DNA of 62,892 nt, the filler included, from Nemertoderma westbladi (lineage: Eukaryota > Animalia > Xenacoelomorpha), in assembly GCA_032718475.1 (NCBI GenBank). It is 3 parts of 3 records of this genome, joined end to end, with 100 filler letters (N's around TTAATTAATTAA, not from the genome) between each part and the next. Parts side by side here need not be neighbours in the genome. Positions count along the whole stretch, not along the records: positions 47,117 to 62,892 come from JAUCBJ010001463.1; 2 more parts are not named here. The stretch is one strand, 5' to 3'. A program made the position numbers and the translations under genes. Shown here in pieces: positions 50,101 to 62,892 of this stretch. A model generated the notes under the pieces. That model made no database searches. It saw nothing but the letters and a program-made list of their open reading frames with translations, and was not told the origin of the DNA. Position 1 is the stretch's first letter; every line of letters starts with the position of its first letter.

Positions 50101-53100
50101 ACTACAAAGATTCTTTACATGTTATACAACAAGTAGTACAGACTACAAAGATTATGTACAAGTTATACAACAAGTAGTACAGACTACAACGATTCTGTAC
50201 AAGTTATACAACAAGTAGTACAGACTACAAAGATTCTGTACAAGTTATACAAAAAGTAGTACAGACTACAAAGATTCTGTATAAGTTATACAACAAGTAG
50301 TACAGACTACAAAGATTCTTTACAAGTTATACAACAAGTAGTACAGACACAAAGATTCGGTACAAGTTATACAACAAGTAGTACAGACTACAAATATTCT
50401 GTACAAGTTATACAACAAGTAGTACAGACACAAAGATTCTGTATAAGTTATACAACAAGTAGTACAGACTACAAAGATTCTGTACAAGTTATACAACATA
50501 TAGTACAGACTACAAAGATTCTGTACAAGTTATGCAACAAGTAGTATAGACACAAAGATTCTGTATAAGTTATACAACAAGTAGTACAGACACAAAGATT
50601 TTGTATAAGTTATACAACAAGTAGTACAGACTACAAAGATTCTGTACAAGTTATACAACATATAGTACAGACTACAAAGATTCTGTACAAGTTATGCAAC
50701 AAGTAGTACAGACACAAAGATTCTGTATAAGTTATACAACAAGTAGTACAGACACAAAGATTCTGTACAAGTTATACAACAAGTAGTACAGACTACAAAG
50801 ATTATGTACAAGTTATACAACAAGTAGTACAGACTACAAAGATTCTGTATAAGTTATACAACAAGTAGTACAGACTACAAAGATTCTGTACAAGTTATAC
50901 AACAAGTAGTGCAGACTACAAAGATTCTGTACAAGTTATACAACAAGTAGTACAGACTACAAAGATTCTGTACAAGTTATACAACAAGTAGTTCCGACTA
51001 CAAAGATTCTGGACAAGTTATACAACAAGTAGTACAGACTACACAAAGATTCTGTACAAGTTATACAACATATAGTACAGACTACAAAGATTCTGTACAA
51101 GTTATACAACAAGTAGTACAGACTACAAAGATTCTGTACAAGTTATACAACAAGTAGTACAGACTACAAAGATTATGTACAAGTTATACAACAAGTAGTA
51201 CAGACTACAAAGATTCTGTATAAGTTATACAACAAGTAGTACAGACTACAAAGATTCTGTACAAGTTATACAACAAGTAGTGCAGACTACAAAGATTCTG
51301 TACAAGTTATACAACAAGTAGTACAGACTACAAAGATTCTGTACAAGTTATACAACAAGTAGTTCCGACTACAAAGATTCTGGACAAGTTATACAACAAG
51401 TAGTACAGACTACAAAGATTCTGTACAAGTTATACAACAAGTAGTGCAGACTACAAAGATTCTGTACAAGTTATACAACAAGTAGTACATACTACAAAGA
51501 TTCTGTACAAGTTATACAACAAGTAGTGCAGACTACAAAGATTCTGTACAAGTTATACAACAAGTAGTACAGACTACACAAAGATTCTGTACAAGTTATA
51601 CAACATATAGTACAGACTACAAAGATTCTTTACAAGTTATACAACAAGTAGTACAGACTACAAAGATTCTGTATAAGTTATACAACAAGTAGTACAGACT
51701 ACAAAGATTCTTTACAAGTTATTCAACAAGTAGTACAGACACAAAGATTCGGTAAAAGTTATACAACAAGTAGTACAGACTACAAATATTTTGTACAAGT
51801 TATCCAATAAGTAGTACAGACTAAAAAGATTCTGTACAAGTTATACAACAAGTAGTACAGACTACAAAGATTCTGTACAAGTTATACAACAAGTAGTACA
51901 GACACAAAGATTCTGTACAAGTTATACAACAAGTAGTACAGACTACAAAGATTCTGTACAAGTTATACAACAAGTAGTACAGACTACAAAGATTCTGTAC
52001 AAGTTATACAACAAGTAGTACAGACACAAAGATTCTGTACAAGTTATACAACAAGTAGTACAGACTACAAAGATTCTGTACAAGTTATACAACAAGTAGT
52101 ACAGACACAAAGATTCTGTACAAGTTATACAACAAGTAGTACAGACTACAAAGATTCTGTACAAGTTATACAACAAGTAGTACAGACACAAAGATTCTGT
52201 ACAAGTTATACAACAAGTAGTACAGACACAAAGATTCTGTACAAGTTATACAACAAGTAGTACAGACTACAAAGATTCTGTACAAGTTATACAACAAGTA
52301 GTACAGACTACAAAGATTCTGTATAAGTTATACAACAAGTAGTACAGACTACAAAGATTCTGTATAAGTTATACAACAAGTAGTACAGACTACAAAGATT
52401 CATTACAAGTTATACAACAAGTAGTACAGACTACAAAGATTTCTGTATAAGTTATACAACAAGTAGTACAGACTACAAAGATTCATTACAAGTTATACAA
52501 CAAGTAGTACAGACTACAAAGATTGTTTACAAGTTATGCAACAAGTAGTGCAGACTACAAAGATTCTGTACAAGTTATACAACAAGTAGTACAGACGCAA
52601 AGATTCTGTATAAGTTATACAACAAGTAGTACAGACACAAAGATTCTATATAAGTTATACAACAAGTAGTACAGACTACAAAGATTCTGTACAAGTTATA
52701 CAACAAGTAGTACAGACACAAAGATTCTGTACAAGTTATACAACAAGTAGTACAGACTACAAAGATTCGTTAAAAGTTATACAACAAGTAGAAAAAGACT
52801 ACAAAGATTCTGTACAAGTTATACAACATATAGTACAGACTACAAAGATTATGTACAAGTTATAGAACAAGTAGTACAGACTACAAAGATTCTGTACAAG
52901 TTATAGAACAAGTAGTACAGACTACAAAGATTCTGTATAAGTTATACAACAAGTAGTACAGACTACAAAGATTCTGTACAAGTTATACAACAAGTAGTAC
53001 AGACTACAAATATTTTGTACAAGTTATACAATAAGTAGTACAGACTACAAAGATTCTGTACAAGTTATACAACAAGTAGTACAGACTACAAAGATTCTGT

Positions 53101-56100
53101 ACAAGTTATACAACAAGTAGTACAGACACAAAGATGCTGTACAAGTTATACAACAAGTAGTACAGACTACAAAGATTCTGTACAAGTTATACAACAAGTA
53201 GTACAGACACAAAGATTCTGTACAAGTTATATAACAAGTAGTACAGACTACAAAGATTCTTTACAAGTTATACAACAAGTAGTACAGACACAAAGATTCT
53301 GCACAAGTTATACAACAAGTAGTACAGACTACAAAGATTGTTTACAAGTTATGCAACAAGTAGTGCAGACACAAAGATTCTGTACAAGTTATACAACAAG
53401 TAGTACAGACTACAAAGATTCGTTAAAAGTTATACAACAAGTAGTACAGACTACAAAGATTCTGTACAAGTTAAACAACATATAGTACAGACTACAAAGA
53501 TTCTGTACAAGTTATAGAACAAGTAGTACAGACTACAAAGATTCTGTACAAGTTATAGAACAAGTAGTACAGACTACAAAGATTCTGTATATAAGTTATA
53601 CAACAAGTAGTAGAGACTACAAAGATTCTGTACAAGTTATACAACAAGTAGTACAGACTACAAAGATTCTGTACAAGTTATACAACAAGTAGTACAGACT
53701 ACAAAGATTATGTACAAGGTATACAACAAGTAGTACAGACATAAAGATTCTGTACAAGTTATACAACAAGTAGTACAGACTACAAAGATTCTGTACAAGT
53801 TATACAACAAGTAGTACAGACTACAAAGATTCTGTACAAGTTATACAACAAGTAGTACAGACTACAAAGATTCTGTACAAGTTATACAACAAGTAGTACA
53901 GACACAAAGATTATGTACAAGTTATACAACAAGTAGTACAGACTACAAAGATTCGTTAAAAGTTATACAACAAGTAGTACAGACTACAAAGATTCTGTAC
54001 AAGTTATACAACAAGTAGTACAGACTACAAAGATTCTGTACAAGTTATACAACAAGTAGTACAGACTACAAAGATTCTTTACAAGTTATACAACAAGTAG
54101 TACAGACACAAACATTCGGTACAAGTTATACAACAAGTAGTACAGACTACAAAGATTCTGTACAAGTTATACAACAAGTAGTACATACTACAAAGATTCT
54201 GTACAAGTTATACAACAAGTAGTGCAGACTACAAAGATTCTGTACAAGTTATACAACAAGTAGTACAGACTACAAAGATTCTGTACAAGTTATACAACAA
54301 GTAGTTCCGACTACAAAGATTCTGGACAAGTTATACAACAAGTAGTACAGACTACAAAGATTCTGTACAAGTTATACAACAAGTAGTGCAGACTACAAAG
54401 ATTCTGTACAAGTTATACAACAAGTAGTACATACTACAAAGATTCTGTACAAGTTATACAACAAGTAGTGCAGACTACAAAGATTCTGTACAAGTTATAC
54501 AACAAGTAGTACAGACTACACAAAGATTCTGTACAAGTTATACAACATATAGTACAGACTACAAAGATTCTTTACAAGTTATACAACAAGTAGTACAGAC
54601 TACAAAGATTCTGTATAAGTTATACAACAAGTAGTACAGACTACAAAGATTCTTTACAAGTTATTCAACAAGTAGTACAGACACAAAGATTCGGTAAAAG
54701 TTATACAACAAGTAGTACAGACTACAAATATTTTGTACAAGTTATACAATAAGTAGTACAGACTACAAAGATTCTGTACAAGTTATACAACAAGTAGTAC
54801 AGACTACAAAGATTCTGTACAAGTTATACAACAAGTAGTACAGACACAAAGATTCTGTACAAGTTATACAACAAGTAGTACAGACTACAAAGATTCTGTA
54901 CAAGTTATACAACAAGTAGTACAGACTACAAAGATTCTGTACAAGTTATACAACAAGTAGTACAGACACAAAGATTCTGTACAAGTTATACAACAAGTAG
55001 TACAGACTACAAAGATTCTGTACAAGTTATACAACAAGTAGTACAGACACAAAGATTCTGTACAAGTTATACAACAAGTAGTACAGACACAAAGATTCTG
55101 TACAAGTTATACAACAAGTAGTACAGACTACAAAGATTCTGTACAAGTTATACAACAAGTAGTACAGACTACAAAGATTCTGTATAAGTTATACAACAAG
55201 TAGTACAGACTACAAAGATTCTGTATAAGTTATACAACAAGTAGTACAGACTACAAAGATTCATTACAAGTTATACAACAAGTAGTACAGACTACAAAGA
55301 TTCTGTATAAGTTATACAACAAGTAGTACAGACTACAAAGATTCATTACAAGTTATACAACAAGTAGTACAGACTACAAAGATTGTTTACAAGTTATGCA
55401 ACAAGTAGTGCAGACTACAAAGATTCTGTACAAGTTATACAACAAGTAGTACAGACGCAAAGATTCTGTATAAGTTATACAACAAGTAGTACAGACACAA
55501 AGATTCTATATAAGTTATACAACAAGTAGTACAGACTACAAAGATTCTGTACAAGTTATACAACAAGTAGTACAGACACAAATATTCTGTACAAGTTATA
55601 CAACAAGTAGTACAGACTACAAAGATTCGTTAAAAGTTATACAACAAGTAGTACAGACTACAAAGATTCTGTACAAGTTATACAACATATAGTACAGACT
55701 ACAAAGATTATGTACAAGTTATAGAACAAGTAGTACAGACTACAAAGATTCTGTACAAGTTATAGAACAAGTAGTACAGACTACAAAGATTCTGTATAAG
55801 TTATACAACAAGTAGTACAGACTACAAAGATTCTGTACAAGTTATACAACAAGTAGTACAGACTACAAATATTTTGTACAAGTTATACAATAAGTAGTAC
55901 AGACTACAAAGATTCTGTACAAGTTATACAACAAGTAGTACAGACTACAAAGATTCTGTACAAGTTATACAACAAGTAGTACAGACACAAAGATGCTGTA
56001 CAAGTTATACAACAAGTAGTACAGACTACAAAGATTCTGTACAAGTTATACAACAAGTAGTACAGACACAAAGATTCTGTACAAGTTATATAACAAGTAG

Positions 56101-58118
56101 TACAGACTACAAAGATTCTGTACAAGTTATACAACAAGTAGTACAGACTACAAAGATTCTGCACAAGTTATACAACAAGTTGTACAGACTACAAAGATTC
56201 TTTACAAGTTATACAACAAGTAGTACAGACACAAAGATTCTGCACAAGTTATACAACAAGTAGTACAGACTACAAAGATTGTTTACAAGTTATGCAACAA
56301 GTAGTGCAGACACAAAGATTCTGTATAAGTTATACAACAAGTAGTACAGACTACAAAGATTCGTTAAAAGTTATACAACAAGTAGTACAGACTACAAAGA
56401 TTCTGTACAAGTTAAACAACATATAGTACAGACTACAAAGATTCTGTACAAGTTATAGAACAAGTAGTACAGACTACAAAGATTCTGTACAAGTTATAGA
56501 ACAAGTAGTACAGACTACAAAGATTCTGTATATAAGTTATACAACAAGTAGTAGAGACTACAAAGATTCTGTACAAGTTATACAACAAGTAGTACAGACT
56601 ACAAAGATTCTGTACAAGTTATACAACAAGTAGTACAGACTACAAAGATTATGTACAAGGTATACAACAAGTAGTACAGACATAAAGATTCTGTACAAGT
56701 TATACAACAAGTAGTACAGACTACAAAGATTCTGTACAAGTTATACAACAAGTAGTACAGACTACAAAGATTCTGTACAAGTTATACAACAAGTAGTACA
56801 GACTACAAAGATTCTGTACAAGTTATACAACAAGTAGTACAGACTACAAAGATTCTGTACAAGTTATAGAACAAGTAGTACAGACTACAAAGACTCTGTA
56901 TATAAGTTATACAACAAGTAGTAGAGACTACAAAGATTCTGTACAAGTTATACAACAAGTAGTACAGACTACAAAGATTCTGTACAAGTTATACAACAAG
57001 TAGTACATACTACAAAGATTATGTACAAGGTATACAACAAGTAGTACAGACATAAAGATTCTGTACAAGTTATACAACAAGTAGTACAGACTACAAAGAT
57101 TCTGTACAAGTTATACAACAAGTAGTACATACTACAAAGATTCTGTACAAGTTATACAACAAGTAGTACAGACTACAAAGATTCTGTACAAGTTATACAA
57201 CAAGTAGTACAGACTACAAAGATTTTTTACAAGTTATACAACAAGTAGTACAGACTACAAAGATTCTGTATAAGTTATACAACAAGTAGTACAGACTACA
57301 AAGATTCTGTACAAGTTATACAACAAGTAGTACAGACTACAAAGATTCTGTACAAGTTATACAACAAGTAGTACAGACACAAATATTCTGTACAAGTTAT
57401 ACAACAAGTAGTACAGACTACAAAGATTATGTACAAGTTATACAACAAGTAGTACAGACTACAAAGATTCTGTACAAGTTATACAACAAGTAGTACAGAC
57501 TACAAAGATTCTGTACAAGTTATACAACAAGTAGTACAGACACAAAGATTCTGTATAAGTTATACAACAAGTAGTACAGACTACAAAGATTCTGTACAAG
57601 TTATACAACATATAGTACAGACTACAAAGATTCTGTACAAGTTATACAACAAGTAGTACAGTCTACAAAGATTCTGTACAAGTTATACAACAAGTAGTAC
57701 ATACTACAAAGATTCAGTACAAGTTATACAACAAGTAGTACAGACTACAAAGATTCTGTACAAGTTATACAACAAGTAGTACAGACACAAAGATTCTGTA
57801 CAAGTTATACAACAAGTAGTGCAGACACAAAGATTCCGTACAAGTTATACAACATATAGTAGAGACTACAAAGATTCTGTACAAGTTATACAACAAGTAG
57901 TACAGACTACAAAGATTCTGTACAAGTTATACAACAAGTAGTACAGACTACAAAGATTCTTTACAAGTTATACAACAAGTAGTACAGACACAAAGATTCT
58001 GTACAAGTTATACAACAAGTAGTACAGACTACAAAGATTCTGTACAAGTTATACAACAAGTAGTACAGACACAAAGATTCCGTACAAGTTATACAACATA
58101 TAGTAGAAACTACAAAGA
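47145..58118. repeat. 41-bp tandem satellite, about 265 copies
   Basis: Consensus TACAAAGATTCTGTACAAGTTATACAACAAGTAGTACAGAC, period 41, with 39- and 43-bp variants. Confidence 0.98.
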
Positions 58119-58443
58119 CTATGTTTTGTATGGTTTACTTTGGTATCTCATTGTTAGGTGTAGGCCTATAATAAAAGCATTCAATACTGAAACAAACACA
58201 TACACAAAACAAAGTCCTACAGCAAACACCATAAAATTAAGTGTAATTCCAGTTCTCTAAGTGAACCCTTCATAACACTTCTACACAGTGTCTTCGTTTT
58301 TAAGGCTATTTCAAATATCTACCGAATGTCTTACATAAGGATAAGGATCTATAATTCATATTTCTGATTTACTGTATCATTTTCTGCTAGATACTAGTGT
58401 TTTCTTTTAATGAAAATGTTATATATAATTTAATTTATTTCAG

Positions 58444-59196
58444 TTCTATGGCAAACAGTGACTGGATCACTTAGATGGGTGAGTGCTGGCCAAGCTGGAG
58501 TTTGGGGTGTAAACGCAAATGGTAATATTCACTACCGAGAAGGGACATATGGATCATGCAGTATTGGAACGAGATGGATTGGTATCTCTGGGGGACTCAA
58601 CAATATTGCTGTTGGAAATGATATTGTTTGGGGTGTTGATTCTAACAATCAAATTTACTGGCGAGCTGTCAGTCAGCAAAATCCAACTGGCAATGCCTGG
58701 ACAATGATTGACGGAGGACTCACCAGGATAACAGTCGACTCATCCAGCAACGGCGTCTGGGGTATAAATTCCGATAACAATGTCTACCAGAGATTAGGTA
58801 TATCGGCCTCAACACCTGGCGGTACATCATGGTTTCAAATCATTGGTGCAAGCATGGCAGACATCAGCTTCGGAGCATCAGGCCTTTGGGGGATTCATTC
58901 ACAAGGTCTACATTACATGCAAGGCACCTTTGATTCCAATAACATAGTTGGCAGCTTTACAGGATGGGCAGCTGAAGATTGGCTAACGATTAGTTCAGGA
59001 GCAGATGGTGCTTTATGGGCTACAAAGATAAACCATGAAATATACACAGCCACGGTGAAAGAAGGGAATATAAATCCAGTTTGGCAACGTATAGAAGGTG
59101 GACTGAAGCAAGTTAGCGTCAGTGATTGGAATGGTGTGGTTTGGGGAGTGGATAATAATGACTTGATATGGTTCAAAATGGGAGAGTGTCCCCAAG
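58444..59196 (+). CDS. Internal exon encoding a tectonin/tachylectin-1-type (TECPR) beta-propeller lectin domain
   Basis: Repeats of W..I.G.L..ISVG....VWGVN....IY.R, about six blades. Acceptor TTTATTTCAG| and donor CAAG|GTAAGA give a 753-bp open, symmetric phase 1-1 exon. Confidence 0.88.
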
Positions 59197-60090
59197 GTAA
59201 GAGTAGAGTATATAATTATTATACAATTATACACAGTATATATAACACATTGGCAAGGGAGAATAATAATACATTTAAAAATCACTGTTTTTTTTAAATA
59301 TAACCATAAAAAGTAGATTTTTGTTACATAAGAGCCATATAGTACAACATTTAGAATATTATTAGTTATGGCCTAAGCTTCATCAGGTCCAATTGGTCTA
59401 TTGTTGGGATTTTCATTATGTCTGTTGTATGTTACATGTCCTTCCTGTGGCTAGTTTGGAACTTACTGTACCTCATCTTGTTTTATCTGGAAGAAAATGC
59501 ATATCTTTCTGCAACATTGACACTCTTAAAAAAATGTTGTACTTTTTGTAATTGATTATGATTAGTCTCCTAATCAACATCATAGTCTCTATCAATACTC
59601 AGTATCATGCCTAATCATTAGAGCACATGTTAGCATCGCCAATTTCACATCCAACTAAGAAATTAAAAGCTCCCTAATATGAAAAGAAAAACTTCAAATT
59701 CCGACATGATAAATTTGCTCCAGTTATAATTTGAAGGAATTTTCTCACCACCGAAGAGTATGTTTTTTTAGGTAGAACGGGATCCTTCCAATTGGAACAC
59801 AGACAATTCGAACACATACAAATGCTATCATATCTAAAAAATTGGTATCAATTGTCCGGCCCTACTTAGTTAGCACAATTCGGACCTGAAAATAATATAT
59901 CTCCTTTAAATTATTGTCCGCAAAAGTGCGGACAATAAAGACTTCATGTCCCATAAAGAAATTATCTAATCAATTCCAAAAATGCTGATATGAAATATTT
60001 ATAAAATCAACGATTCCGAAGTTTTTTCTGTTTAATAATTTATTCTATCTTTTATTCTGTAATATTATGGTTTTGTTCGGAAATGGAAAA

Positions 60091-60190
60091 AATGAGAAAG
60101 CGCGTTACCGGGGGTTGGACCAGCACTATACGTACGTTTCAGACTATCAGGCTTCATCTGTAGCGCTAACCAGTTCAGCCACTTGCCCCA
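60091..60190 (-). mobile_element. tRNA-derived SINE-like head
   Basis: Minus strand GGGGCAAGTGGCTGAACTGGTTAGCGC (A box) ... GCTGGTCCAACCCCCGG (B-box-like). A second partial copy lies at 60351-60386. Confidence 0.5.
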
Positions 60191-61270
60191 GACATTCGCT
60201 ATCCCACTTAATCCACTTCTCTATTGAACAGGCAGTCTTAAGTTGCATATCCTATCTCTAACAGCGGACCTACCGGCCTCAAGTATGTTAGAGTGAAACA
60301 GGAAGGAAGTACAAATAAATAAATATTCAGCTCGAGTATTGCTGCCAGGTGATGAGAAAGCGCGTTACTGGGAGTTGAACCAGCGCTTTTATTCTACTGT
60401 AGATCAGTAATTATCTTGGTTATCATTAATAAAGTAAACATTTAATTTGCTCCAGTATCAACTTTTTTGGTTTGATTATTTGTTTAAAGTTCCGGAATAT
60501 CATCCTTCACTAAAAAAGTATAGCTACAGTAGTACAGTAGAATAGCTAGCATTATTTACTTATATTAGCATTATTTGATAGGTGAGGTTTTGTGATGTTT
60601 TCACACTCATGTAATAAAATTTAAGAAATTCACTACAAATACTTTTATTCTTAAATTGTTACTTTTTCGCTCGAAATTAGACCTAAATCGGGAGAAAAAG
60701 TTGCAATTTTTTCCCTAGGGAAAAAAGTAACCCATAGGATTGCCTTGATTTTACTTTTTTCCCGGCGAAAAAAGTAAAACAAAATATTTTAGGTGGAATT
60801 TCTTAAATTTTATTAAATGTGCTCAAAGAGCATTGCCGTAGAAAAGGTTTGCACGTAATTTGAGCAAAATCCATTCACACACTCAAACGTTATGGCAAAT
60901 TTAGTGTCTGCGCGGCGTACACCAAAACGGAACTCAATATCCAATATTGGTTTATGTTGTTAAGCGGCTCTCTAGTTACGTAATAAATATTCGAGAACAC
61001 TAAATTATTTAACATTGAGTAAGGCAGCATCAGGAGTTGAAGAGTACAGTAATTTGAATTGCAGTAACTATGGAAGCAATATAATAATACTAGGGCCTAT
61101 ACATTAGTTCAATATATTTTGTTACATTTATGTCAACTTACAGCGTTCTGGTGAATTACTCGTAACGCTGTAAAGTACTACTTTGCAGCGTTGCGGCCTA
61201 TAGGACGGAACGCTGCGAAGTATTCAATGACATGGAAACAACTTCAATTACCGTATTCCAGAATGTATTA

Positions 61271-62892
61271 TTTGAGATTTGAGATTTGAGATTTATTTAT
61301 TTTTATTTATACCGAGTGGTCGTACACAATAATTATAACAATAATTGCATTATTTTTAATTTTTAATTTGCAGGGTAAGCATTTAACAATTTAATAATTT
61401 TGAATGTTGGTAATAATAGTGCACTGATAGTAGTTGGCAGTAGCCGAAGCTAGTTTTGTCAACTGCTATCAACGACCAGTTCGGGGGGGGGGGGGGGGGG
61501 GGTGGGGTGGGGTGGTACTAGCCTATCCAACCAGCAACAGCTCAGGCGATTTCCATTTTTTCGTTTTTCCCACAAAGTACTGTATATTTATTTTACTTTT
61601 TATTCAATTAATTTAATTTGTATTTTTAGGATATGAAACTGGATAAAATCGCAATATTTTGTATTTTTTTGTATTTTATTTTCTTGTATTTTATCTTACT
61701 GTAGCTCATTTATTAGTTTAATTTTTAATTTTCTTCCTAATGATTTTTTCGATTTACTTTGTTTAATATCTACATCTAGCGTGTTCCAGACAATGACACC
61801 GTTATATTTTAATGATTTCTGTCCTTGTAGTAGTCGGGTCCGTGGTACATAGTAGCTTTTTTTTGTTGTTGATCTTGTGTTGTAAGTATGTACAGTAGAT
61901 GTTTGTTGAAACAACGAAGTGATAAAATTTTGTTTTTTGTTATTGTGGATTTCCCACATTAGTTTAGCTGTTTCAAGAAAATGCAGTTTTTCAATCGGTA
62001 GTATATCTAATTGTTTGTAGAGTGGTGATGCGTGTTCCCTGTAGTGACTGAAGGTAATAGCTCTGACTAGTTTATTTATTTTAATTTTAATAGGTTTTGT
62101 ATGTGTAGATTGAGCGTTACCCCAGATCACTATACCGTAATTAATGTAAGGTTGTATCAGTGAACAGTAGAGTAATTTTAATATACGTAGTGGTAGAGTG
62201 TGTCGGAGTTTAAAAAATATACCAGCTGATTTTGAGATTTTCTTCAAAACATAAGCACAATGATTTTTCCAAGATAACTTTCTGTCTATCCAAATTCCTA
62301 AAAATTTTGTTTCATTTACATTTTTTATTGGTTGATTACGTATTTTTATGTTATTGTGTTTTGTTTCTTTTTTATTTGTAAAAAATAGATACTCTGTTTT
62401 TTTAAGATTTAATGATAGTTGGTTGTCGGTTAGCCATAGATCAATTTTATTAAGTTCGGTATTTACAGTTTCAGTTAGTATTTCAAGGTCTTTGTGATTG
62501 TAAAGTAGGTTTGTATCGTCGGCAAATAAAGTTGAGTGAAGTGATGTACAGTTCGGTAAGTCGTTTATGTAAATTAAGAATAGCGTAGCGCTGAGTATAG
62601 CCCCCTGGGGGGTACCGCAAGGGGCCAGTATCGGTTCTGAGTGAGTGTTGCCTATGTAAACTGAGTGTGTTCGGTTGTGTAAGTAGCTAGTTATTAGTTT
62701 ATGGGGGGTTCCACGTATGCCATAGCTGTCTAGTTTGTTTAAGAGAATATTGTGTTGTAAAGTATCGAAGGCTTTCTTAAGATCTATTGATATCAAACAG
62801 GCAGATTCTTGTAATTCTAGAATATTTTGTAATTTTTCGGTTACAGTCAGTATGGCATCTGTTGTTGTAGATTGTTTTCGAAATCCGTATTG
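61271..62892 (-). mobile_element. CR1/L2-group (Crack-like) LINE 3' part: RT ORF (to stop at 61696), 3' UTR and (AAATCTC)n tail
   Basis: Uninterrupted ORF with QYGFRK.QST, IDLKKAFDT, GTPQGAILS..LFLIYINDL, FADDT, FLGIWID..LSW..H and YG..IWG. Tail AATAAATAAATCTCAAATCTCAAATCTC on the minus strand. Confidence 0.9.

Noticed and set aside
47145-58118. CRISPR array or coding repeat (Cys/Tyr-rich ORFs at 51943 and 55904)
   Set aside because: Head-to-tail monomers with no unique spacers, no cas genes and a eukaryotic context. The ORFs are by-products of the repeat.
59360-59395. Minimal hammerhead ribozyme on the minus strand (CTGATGA-AGCTTAGGC-CATAA)
   Set aside because: The GAAA core is absent and I could not close stems I and III. 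At most a decayed Penelope-type relic.
60091-60190. Functional tRNA gene
   Set aside because: A and B boxes are present but I could not form a cloverleaf or acceptor stem. A partial second copy nearby favours a SINE.

Overview
AT-rich eukaryotic (animal, probably marine invertebrate) repeat-dense DNA in three segments joined by artificial 100-bp linkers (N44-TTAATTAATTAA-N44 at 15109-15208 and 47017-47116), so contiguity across the linkers is not guaranteed. It is mostly nested transposons. An RTE-type LINE is split (TSD GCGGC) by an 18.7-kb gag-only Bel/Pao LTR element (A1, 18295-37005), whose gag is split (TSD AGTAG) by a second gag-only Bel/Pao element (B1, 23051-29577). Also present: further A- and B-family LTR copies, a decayed Bel/Pao integrase, CRE, RTE and CR1/L2-group LINE fragments, a decayed Harbinger, nested fold-back MITEs, a non-autonomous Helitron and an 11-kb 41-bp satellite. 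Host genes are limited to a frameshifted SF3A3 terminal exon and an intact tectonin beta-propeller exon. Main finding: none of the three Bel/Pao 5' LTRs is followed by a tRNA primer-binding site. In each, the 9-11 nt flush with the LTR end are the exact reverse complement of a segment inside the same LTR, with three of three differences between A1 and A2 compensatory. This points to self-primed (Tf1-like) reverse transcription in Bel/Pao elements. All alignments and pairings were done by eye.
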